From NCBI GenBank assembly GCA_965248695.1, contig CBDFKD010000002.1:416001-480000 (forward strand): 64,000 bases of DNA, in the 5' to 3' direction. The notes beneath the pieces were generated by a model that saw nothing but the letters and a program-made list of their open reading frames with translations, ran no database searches and was not told where the DNA came from. The position numbers were made by a program, and so were the translations under genes. Positions 51,813 to 59,838 of the stretch are shown here, piece after piece; the stretch's first letter is position 1, and each line of letters begins with the position of its first letter. Source of the stretch: Acidobacteriota bacterium (lineage in GTDB: Bacteria > Acidobacteriota > UBA890 > WLXD01).

Positions 51813-52661
51813 CTAATTCCGAGCCCGCTCAGACTCCAGGATCAGAAGGCTCACCACAGGAGGAACACGAAACCTGACAGGGAGGATGCTCGTCCCAACA
51901 CCGGTGCTCACGAAGAGATTGCGGGCCCCGTCAAGGACGTGTCCCGCCGCGTATCGCTGCCCGAACTCGGATGGGACGATTGGCCGTCCGAGTAGAGGAA
52001 GGCGCACCTGCCCTCCGTGAGTATGACCAGCGACAGTGAGCGCGACGCGTTCGGGTATGCTGGGAAAGATGTCCGGATTATGAGTAGCGGCGATCACCGG
52101 CGCTCCTTCGGGGACTCCAGAGAGAGCCTGATCCACATCGTGTGCAGCCTCCCAGTAATCGCCAATGCCTGCGACCCACAGCTGGCACGGAGTCCCGGCG
52201 AGTCGCGTCGCGAGATCCTCGAGGACAGTAATCCCTTCGGACTCGAGGGACGCTCGCACGCGAGGGGCATCAAACCACCAATCGTGATTCCCCAGAACCG
52301 CGAACACGCCGTAATGCGCCGACAGCCGGGACAGGATTCGGGCCGTCGTTTCGGGCGGCACGAAGCGGCCACCGATGACCCCCTCAATCACGAAGTCCCC
52401 GAGGAGGAGAACGAGATCCGGCTCCGCGTTTCGCGTCAACTCGACGACCCGCTCCAGGTTGGCGGGTCCGTTGAACGGGGATCCTACGTGGAGGTCGGCC
52501 AGGAGCGCGACGCGGAATCCGTCGCACGAGTCGGGCCAATTCGCAAGCGGAACTGAGTGTGTCTCGAGGCGGAGACTCGCGGGTTCCAGCCACAGCGCCC
52601 AGCACCCCAGCAGGCCAAGGAGTGTAACGACCAAACCAAACAGTGCTCGGGACTTCTTCAT
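51813..52661 (-). CDS. Metallophosphoesterase (YkuE-like)
   Basis: DLH, GD, GNHD, HNPD, GHTHGGQ. Confidence 0.93.
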   Translation of the reverse strand: MKKSRALFGLVVTLLGLLGCWALWLEPASLRLETHSVPLANWPDSCDGFRVALLADLHVGSPFNGPANLERVVELTRNAEPDLVLLLGDFVIEGVIGGRFVPPETTARILSRLSAHYGVFAVLGNHDWWFDAPRVRASLESEGITVLEDLATRLAGTPCQLWVAGIGDYWEAAHDVDQALSGVPEGAPVIAATHNPDIFPSIPERVALTVAGHTHGGQVRLPLLGRPIVPSEFGQRYAAGHVLDGARNLFVSTGVGTSILPVRFRVPPVVSLLILESERARN

Positions 52662-52730
52662 TCGCAACCGCGCGCGGTACCGAGCGCTACTCCACCTCGA
52701 GGCGCCTCTTCATATCAGTGTACGCAGCAT

Positions 52731-53990
52731 TGACCTGACCCCCGAAAACGGATCCGGATGTAATCTCACGATCTGGGTCAAGAACGGGAGGTCAGAATGC
52801 CGAGTAAGAGGCACAGCGCCGAGCAGATCGTACGCAAGCTCCGGGAGGCTGAGGTGGAGCTGGCTCGAGGGGCGACGGTCAAGGATGCCTGCCGCAAGCT
52901 AGCAATCACCGAGCACACCTACTACCGGTGGCGGCGAGAGTACGGCGGACTGAAGCTCAACCAGGCCAGAAAGCTCAAGCAACTGGAGAAGGAGAATGCC
53001 CGGCTCAAGAGGCTGGTGGCGGAAAAGGAACTCGACCTGTCGATCCTGAAGGAAGTGGCGGAGGGAAACTTCTGAGCCCAGCTCGGCGGCGAGAGGCGGT
53101 GGCACATGTACGGGGGCGGCTGGGCGTCTCGGAGAGGCGGGCGTGTCGGGTACTGAAACAACCACGCACGACACACCGGTACGTGCCAAGAGAGCCGCAA
53201 CAGGAGCAGATTTTGACGGAGCGGATCGTGGATTTAGCCCGACAGTACGGGCGCTACGGATATCGGAGGGTGACAGCGTTGCTGCGCATGGAGGGCTGGT
53301 CCGTGAACCACAAACGAGTGCAGCGTATCTGGCGGCGCGAAGGGCTGAAAGTACCGAGAAAACAGCCCAAACGAGCACGGCTGTGGCTGAGCGATGGCTC
53401 CTGCATCCGGCTGCGCCCACAGCACCGGGATCATGTCTGGGCGTATGACTTCCTGCACCACCGGACGCACGACGGTCGGGCTATGAGGCTGCTGACGATC
53501 GTCGATGAGTACACACGAGAAAGCCTGGCGATCCATGTAGCACGGAAGCTCAACTCTGAGGACGTGCTGGAGCAGCTCGGGAGGTTGTTCGTACACCGGG
53601 GCATACCTGAGCACATCCGGTCGGATAACGGACCAGAGTTCACCGCCGAGGCGGTTCGCGACTGGCTGGGCCGGTTGGGCGTGGGGACGCTGTTCATCGA
53701 GCCGGGCTCGCCGTGGGAGAACGGTTACGTGGAGAGCTTCAACGGCAAGCTACGCGACGAGCTGCTGGATGGAGAGATCTTCTACACGCTCAAGGAGGCA
53801 AAGGTTCTGATCGAGAGATGGCGTCAGCACTACAACCGCATGCGACCGCACAGCTCGCTGAGCTATCGGCCGCCCGCACCCGAAGCGACGTTGTTGAAGC
53901 CGGCTGCGCTCCGCTTCGCCGGCCTCAACAACCTCTTGTCAGCACCGAGTTACTGAGATAAGACATGGTACTAACCGCGGGGTCAGGTCA
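52731..53990 (+). mobile_element. IS3-family element, copy 3
   Basis: Same element inverted; orfA 52797-53075, GGGAAAC 53063-53069, orfB to 53956; flanks GCAT / ACGA, no TSD. Confidence 0.97.
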
Positions 53991-54316
53991 ACGAGTCCCT
54001 CGTCCAGAAACAGTCGCTCGGCAGTGATCGGGCTGTTCTCGAACCGAACACGATGACCCTTGTACTCGATCTCCCACCGCTGCCTGATTCCCGCCGTCAC
54101 TACAAGCAGGACGAGTGACGAGCCCAGGATCGCGATCGGGACGGCCCTTGGGAGCTCCGCCGCTGGATCGAGAAGCATGGTGATCGCCAACCCGACCAAG
54201 ACGCCGCAGCCCACCATCATCGCTTGTTGCAGGAGACGCGTCTTCCGGTCTGTGATGTCGAGTAGCTTCTTCAATCGAGCCTCGTGATCAAACGCGGATC
54301 GTAGGCACTTCGCCAA
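53991..54316 (-). pseudogene. Membrane protein truncated at its 3' end by IS3 copy 3
   Basis: 2 TM segments + WEIEYKGHRVRFEN..., reads into the IS end. Confidence 0.65.
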
Positions 54317-54328
54317 CGTGCATAGGCT

Positions 54329-54351
54329 GCCTAACGTGTTGGTGTTCGGGC
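54329..54351 (-). other. Collapsed attC (R'' and R' only)
   Basis: Minus strand GCCCGAAC-N8-GTTAGGC right after the DUF3995 stop. Confidence 0.55.
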
Positions 54352-54358
54352 ACCGCCG

Positions 54359-54799
54359 CTACTGAGCGCGTGGTGTCCGCGACAGCCATAGCGTGCTCAG
54401 CCCGATCACCAGACAGAGAGGTGTGTACAACCAAGTGTCCCAGAACGCGAATCTCGTGTCGGTGACCGACCTGAAGAAACCAAAGAATCGAAACTCGCCG
54501 ATTGCGCGCAAGACGAACACGCCACCGAGCGTTAGGCAGGCCAACGTGGACAACCCAGACGGTATAGAGCGCAGGATGACGTCCCCGCGGACTAGTACAA
54601 CGAGTGCCGCCAGAACCAGGGCGACGGCAACAGCCAGCCAGGAAAGGCCTGCTGGGTAGTGCGTTGGCTCCCCTGCAACAGAAGGAATCACCGCAAGCGA
54701 CTGCCAGAGTCCGAAGATCCCGATGACGTGAAAGGCGCTCAAGAAAGCGAACACCGTGGCGAGTGCCATCGCAACGGTGCCCTTCGACCCTCGAGCCAT
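54359..54799 (-). CDS. DUF3995-like membrane protein (gene cassette)
   Basis: LRAIGEFRFFGFF....DTRFAFWDTWLYTPLCL; bounded by attC-derived sites. Confidence 0.8.
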   Translation of the reverse strand: MARGSKGTVAMALATVFAFLSAFHVIGIFGLWQSLAVIPSVAGEPTHYPAGLSWLAVAVALVLAALVVLVRGDVILRSIPSGLSTLACLTLGGVFVLRAIGEFRFFGFFRSVTDTRFAFWDTWLYTPLCLVIGLSTLWLSRTPRAQ

Positions 54800-54834
54800 G
54801 CTGGATCTCCTGCCGCAGGTGAAGAGGCCATTCC

Positions 54835-54933
54835 GCCCAACGGACTAACGATTCTGCTGCGAGCATAGTAGGTGCGCGCGCGCCAAGCGCACGAAAGGAG
54901 GTCGGGTCCGTCAGCAGCAATCGCTTGTGAGGC
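54835..54933 (-). other. attC-like recombination site (99 bp)
   Basis: R'' GCCTCAC, L'' ATTGCTGC pairing with L' GCAGAAT (one extra base), R' GTTGGGC. Confidence 0.75.
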
Positions 54934-55009
54934 GGCGGGCCCCGCAGAGCACTTACCTGGCAACGAAGAGCCGAGCTCAGTGCAACCAGCTCAACACCCG
55001 GAGTGAGCC

Positions 55010-55185
55010 ATGGAGAACGTCCCGGTATTGGAGTGGATCGGCCTGATCGCGGCAATCGCCGGCTTGGTGTTCGTCGGGCTCGAGATCCGCCAAAACAACC
55101 GGCTTGCTCAAGCTGCGGCCTACCAGGAGATCGGGTTCGCCACGGCCCAGAACTGGCACACCGTGTCACAAGACCCGGAATTCAG
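55010..55185 (+). pseudogene. N-terminal fragment of a membrane-anchored protein
   Basis: EWIGLIAAIAGLVFVGLEIRQNN.LA.AAA; coding character lost after DPEF. Confidence 0.55.
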
Positions 55186-55277
55186 ATGCGAAATCGCAAA
55201 GCTGAGCGACCCCTCAGGTGAGCGAAAGGGCCGCTATCGCCATAGGCAAACCTCGAAGCTGCCGATTGGTTCGGTAC

Positions 55278-56534
55278 CTACGGGTCCGGAGTGCCAGGAT
55301 CTTGTTCAATCGATGCTTGGTGATCTTCCAACACCTTGTACAAAGGAAAATCTACCCAGGTGTCGTTGAGATAGTTGAGTTCGGGTACCTCTTCTTTCGG
55401 ATCTACTAGCAGATTGTAGATTGTCGGATAAGCCATGTTTCTGATCGCATAACTATCTGGATCGATTTCCTTGAGAAGCAACTTCCAATTGCGCCATTTC
55501 ACACCGAATAGCTCGTTGCCAATGTAGATGATGACGGACTCTCGAGCTGAGTTCTTCGTCTTTCCCATCAGGAAATCGGATTGGTCAACACCATCCATTA
55601 TTCGATCTTCCGGAACATCGGCTCCTACGAAACTAGCCAGCGTGGGAAACAAATCTATCTGATGGACAATTTCGTTTGATACTTGTTTTGTGGGGATTTT
55701 CCCAGGCCAGCGGATCAGAAAAGGAACGCGCAACGATCCTTCATAGGGAGAAAACATGCTCCCTCGCCAAGGGCCGGTGAATCCAAACGATCTCGGCACG
55801 CCTTCGCGGCCATTGTCTGATGTAAAGACAAATATGGTGTTTTCTCTCAGTCCTAGCTTGTCGATCGTATCCAGGAGCTCACCTACGTAGGCATCCGTCT
55901 GTGCCAGAACGTCAGCAAAGCTCCCGTTTCCAGTCTTGCCGTTGTAGTCAGGATGAGGGTCGACCGGTTCATGGGTTTGCGTATAGGGGAGATAGGCGAA
56001 AAATGGCTGCTTGGCCTCGGCCTTGCGTTTGATGAAATCGATCGCCTGGTCGGTGATTTCGCGATCCATCGTCGTGCGCTTGGCGCGGTCAAATACGTCC
56101 AGTTCCTTGGGCTTTTGACCTCGCGCCGCCGACATGACGTGGGTGAACACGGCACTTGGGTGGCTGCCAGGCGTGAAGCTATTGCTATCCGGTCAGAAGG
56201 CTCGATCTGACGATCTGGGGATTCCGATCCATTCATCGAAACCCTGGTCCGTGGGGTAACGTCCCTCCGTGTCTCCCAAATGCCATTTTCCGAAGATGCC
56301 TGTCGCGTAACCGGCATCCGACAGCATCTCAGCCAACGTGATCTCCCACCTGGTAATCCCGTACCAAACACCCCGAGGCGGACCGTCTTGCCGCTGTCGA
56401 GTACGAATCCCATAACGCCCCGTCATCAACGCAGAGCGCGACGGTGTGCACTCTGCTTCGACATTGAAGTTAGTTAGCTGGACTCCTGCTGCAGCAATGC
56501 CGTCAATGTTGGGCGTCGCGGCCCCGCGCAAGAC
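55278..56534 (-). pseudogene. Arylsulfatase, 5'-truncated by IS3, nonsense TGA at 56193-56195
   Basis: TPNID, CTPSRSALMTGR, GKWHLG, FTSDNG, EGSLRVP; AT-richer than flanks. Confidence 0.9.
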
Positions 56535-57900
56535 TGGAGTTGACCCGGTTTCGTGGACACCTTATGGCTAAGGCCAAAGGAGTCTGCGATGGGAAGAACA
56601 CGACTACCGTATCCGCCTGAGTTTCGCCGGCAGATCGTCGAGCTAGCGCGGGCAGGACGCAGCGTGCAGGAGCTCGCCGAGGAGTTCGAGCCCTCGTACT
56701 GGACGATCCGTACATGGATCAAGCAGGCGGATCGAGATGACGGGCTTAGCGCGGCTGGCCTGAGTAGCCAGGACAAGGAAGAACTACGGCGGCTACGCCG
56801 GGAAAACCGCCAGTTGAAGACGGAGCGGGAGATCCTGGCAAAAGCCGCGGCCTGGTTCGCTCGGGAGACCGGCTCAGTTCCCAAGAAGTCTTCGGGTTCG
56901 TGAGAGCTCACCAGGCCTGCTATCCGATCGCCACGATGTGCCGAGTGCTGGAGGTCTCCACCAGCGGCTACTACGCGTGGCGACAACGCCCTAGCAGTAT
57001 GCGAGCATGACAGGATGCGCAGCTGCGTGAGCAGATCGAGACGATCCATCGACAAAGCCGTGCAACCTATGGCGTGCCTCGGGTACACGCGGAGCTGGCC
57101 GCCGACGGCGTTCGGGTGGGGCGCAAGCGTGTGGCTCGGCTGATGAGCCAAGCGGGGCTGGAGGGTGTCAGCCGCCGCCGTCGGCTCCGCACGACGCGCC
57201 GCGGCACTGACGCGCAGCCAGTGCCCGATCTGGTGAAGCGTGACTTCGCGGTCGGTGCACCCGATCGCTTGTGGGTTGCCGACATCACGTACGTCTCTAC
57301 GTGGTCGGGGTTCTTGTACCTGGCGGTGGTGATGGATGCCTTCAGCCGGCGGGTGGTGGGCTGGTCGATGGCCAACCACCTGCGTACCGAACTGGTGCTT
57401 GAGGCGCTCAACATGGCGATCTGGCAACGGCGACCTGAGAGCGTGATCCACCACTCTGATCAGGGCACGCAGTACACCTCGATCGCCTTCGGCCACCGCT
57501 GCAAGCAGCTCGGTGTACGTCCCTCGACCGGATCAGCTCGCGACTGCTACGACAACGCCATGGCCGAGAGCTTCTTCGCGACGCTAGAGACGGAGCTGCT
57601 ATGGCGGCAGAGCTTCAAGAGCCAGGTCGAAGCCCGCATGGCCGTGTTCGAGTTCATCGAGGGGTTCTACAACCCACGACGGCGCCACTCGGCGCTCGGA
57701 AACCAATCCCCAATCGCCTACGAGAGGAGCTACTCCGAGACCCCGTCACCGACTGTGGAAACTGCCGTGGCCATGCAGATCGCGCCACGATCCGCACCGC
57801 CACTTGGAAGCCGCTCTGCGGCTCCCACAAGTTCCCACAGCACTCCGACTACGGCCTCAAATCCAAGCGTTCAACTGTCCACCGAAACGGGGTAACTCCA
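56535..57900 (+). mobile_element. Second IS3-family element, probably inactive
   Basis: IRs TGGAGTTGACCCGGTTTCGTGGACA / TGTCCACCGAAACGGGGTAACTCCA; orfA ~56589-56903; orfB WVADITY..HHSDQG..DNAMAESFF with in-frame TGA 57008-57010; no TSD. Confidence 0.93.
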
Positions 57901-58509
57901 CCAGCGTTCAGAACGTGGGTGTAGATCATCATCGTCTTGAGATGACGGTGTCCGAGCAGTTCCTGGACGGTGCGGATGTCGTACCCAGCCTGCAGCAGAT
58001 GCGTGGCGAACGAATGGCGGAGGGTATGGCAGCTGGTCTTCTTGGCGATTCCGGATCCGACGACGTCCTTGCGCATCGCTCGCTGGATCACCGATTCGCG
58101 CAGGTGGTGACGGCGACGCTGTCCGGTAACGCGGTCGGTGTAGGTTCGCGTTGCGGCGAAGATCCCCTGCCATTTCCATTCTCGACTCGCGCCAGGCATC
58201 TTGGCGGAAGGGTGCCCCGGCAGCTCGACGTGTCCGCGGCCGTGGGCGAGGTCTTCCTCGTGGAGCTCCTTCCGAATCGCCAGATGCACCCGCAGCCGTC
58301 TCACCGCGGTCGCGGCCAAGACGGTTCGCCGGTCGCGCTTGCTCTTGCCGTCGTGGATCACGATCTGTTGAGTCGCCAGATCAACGTCCTTGATACGTAG
58401 ACGCAGCGTCTCCAGCAAGCGGAGACCAGATCCGTACAGCAGCATGGCCACCAGGCGGGATCGGTCGTCGAGCCTCGCCAACACGCCGCGCACCTCTTCG
58501 CCCGTTAGG
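57901..58509 (-). pseudogene. intI: Integron integrase remnant (catalytic domain only)
   Basis: [28 protein letters not shown], integron-specific insert (...REWKWQ..F...RRRHHL), [25 protein letters not shown]...IYTHVLN. Confidence 0.92.
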
Positions 58510-58559
58510 ATTCGTCCGTGCTGGGCGTCTCGACCGCCCCCGCGTCCTCGAGCTCGGCG

Positions 58560-58844
58560 TCATCCGGCAGCCTTCGGCCGGCCGTGCCGTACGGTCAAGA
58601 TAAGCACTCGTTCGACCTCGACACGGTAGACGATGCGGTATTCCCCATGCAGGAGCTCTCGCACGTCTTCGCGGGCCAGCTCCGGTAGCACGCTGCCGCT
58701 GTTGGGGAACGCCTCCAACCGAGCGACCACATCGAACACGCTCTCGGTCCAGCGTGCCGCGGCGTCGGGATTGTCCAGCGCGATGAAGTCTGCCGCCTCG
58801 CCCACTCTCTCCACGGCGAGCGGCGACCAGACGACCGCGGTCAC
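58560..58844 (-). CDS. RelE/ParE family toxin (possible +1 frameshift near 58577 shortening the tail)
   Basis: WSPLA...FIALDNP.AA...L..FP.SG..LPE...RE...GEYRIVY...ILTVRHG. Confidence 0.88.
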   Translation of the reverse strand: MTAVVWSPLAVERVGEAADFIALDNPDAAARWTESVFDVVARLEAFPNSGSVLPELAREDVRELLHGEYRIVYRVEVERVLILTVRHGRPKAAG

Positions 58845-59122
58845 GAATCGAGGCGATCCAGAACCTGGGCACGCGCGTCGTCGTGCGCGATGCCGTCACC
58901 CGCTGCTATCTGCTGCTCCGCCTGATGGATGTCGCGCAGCAGCTCGATTTCCTCGAGCATGCGCTCGTATTGACCTACGTCCAGCACGACGGCGGTGCTA
59001 TGTCCGCGCTGGGTCAACACGAGCGATCGCTGGGATTCGCGGACGCGGCGCAACATCGCGGCAGCATTGGCGCGGAACTCGGAAAGCGGCTGGATGTCTT
59101 CGCGCAGGTTGATCCGTCTCAA
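58841..59122 (-). CDS. Phd/YefM family antitoxin
   Basis: DIQPLSEFRAN...LVLTQRG...AVVLDV..YE; overlaps the toxin start (GTGA). Confidence 0.9.
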   Translation of the reverse strand: MRRINLREDIQPLSEFRANAAAMLRRVRESQRSLVLTQRGHSTAVVLDVGQYERMLEEIELLRDIHQAEQQIAAGDGIAHDDARAQVLDRLDS

Positions 59123-59219
59123 GAAGACCTCCTGATAGTACGTCTGACGATATCATAGAACGTACGTTCAGCAGGCGCAGGCCAGCTCCCTCGAATCGCC
59201 CCAGGTCGAGTCGAGGCGC

Positions 59220-59576
59220 TCAGCCGCTGTACGACAGCGACAGCACGAGACGAAGGCCCGCGTCGATTTCTGCTAGAGCAGCGTTGGACAGCTTGCCCAC
59301 GCGCTCGGTCAAGAACCGTCGATCGACGGTCAGGATCTGGGACACGTTGACCACGGACGGCTTCGCGAGCCTCACCTGACGAGCCGTCAGGCGGACATTG
59401 CCCGGAGCGTCGCTCAGACTGAGGTTCGAGGTGATCGCCGCGACGACCACTGTGCGGATGCTGCTTCGGTTGTACGCGTCCGACTGTACGACGAGGACGG
59501 GACGCCGATAGCCGGGACCGGAGCCGCGGGGAGCTCCCAGGGTCGCCCACCAGATCTCGCCCCGGAGGATCACCAC
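59220..59576 (-). CDS. mazF: PemK/MazF family toxin
   Basis: RGEIWWA.L..PRGS.PGYRRPVLVVQSD.YN...AITSN...SQILTVDR. Confidence 0.93.
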   Translation of the reverse strand: MVILRGEIWWATLGAPRGSGPGYRRPVLVVQSDAYNRSSIRTVVVAAITSNLSLSDAPGNVRLTARQVRLAKPSVVNVSQILTVDRRFLTERVGKLSNAALAEIDAGLRLVLSLSYSG

Positions 59577-59812
59577 TCTTCATCTGGAAGGCTTACGCGC
59601 TGCAGCTCGGCAAGGACGGGATCCAGTGTCGACCCGTCGGGACGGTCGGCGTAAACCGCGTCGAGTGCCTCGGTGACGGACCGGACATCGTGCTCGTCCA
59701 GGAACTCGCGCAACGCACTCCTGTACAGCTCACTGCGGCTCATGCCCAGGCGCTCCGCCGCCTGCTCGGCGGCGGCAAACAGCTCATCGGGGATGGAGAT
59801 CGCCGTTTTCAT
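59570..59812 (-). CDS. Ribbon-helix-helix antitoxin (ChpI/MazE-like)
   Basis: MKTAISIPDELF..AE..A.RLGMSRSELY..AL. Confidence 0.9.
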   Translation of the reverse strand: MKTAISIPDELFAAAEQAAERLGMSRSELYRSALREFLDEHDVRSVTEALDAVYADRPDGSTLDPVLAELQRVSLPDEEW

Positions 59813-59820
59813 ACACGTGA

Positions 59821-59838
59821 GTATAACTTTAGTTATAC
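59821..59838. promoter_or_regulatory. TA autoregulatory operator
   Basis: Perfect palindrome GTATAACT-TT-AGTTATAC 8 bp upstream of the antitoxin ATG. Confidence 0.8.

Noticed and set aside
23244-53990. Inversion of the 28-kb segment between inverted IS3 copies 2 and 3
   Set aside because: Flanks are not reciprocal, and IS256-A plus the VOC gene remain collinear on both sides of copy 2.
54288-55169. 293-aa minus-strand ORF
   Set aside because: Reads through an attC and across real genes in other frames; no family motifs.
4877-57010. Genome-wide reassignment of TGA (code 4 or 25)
   Set aside because: Many intact genes end in TGA, and the four in-frame TGAs fall at positions expected to be different residues (Cys, Arg, Trp, Arg).
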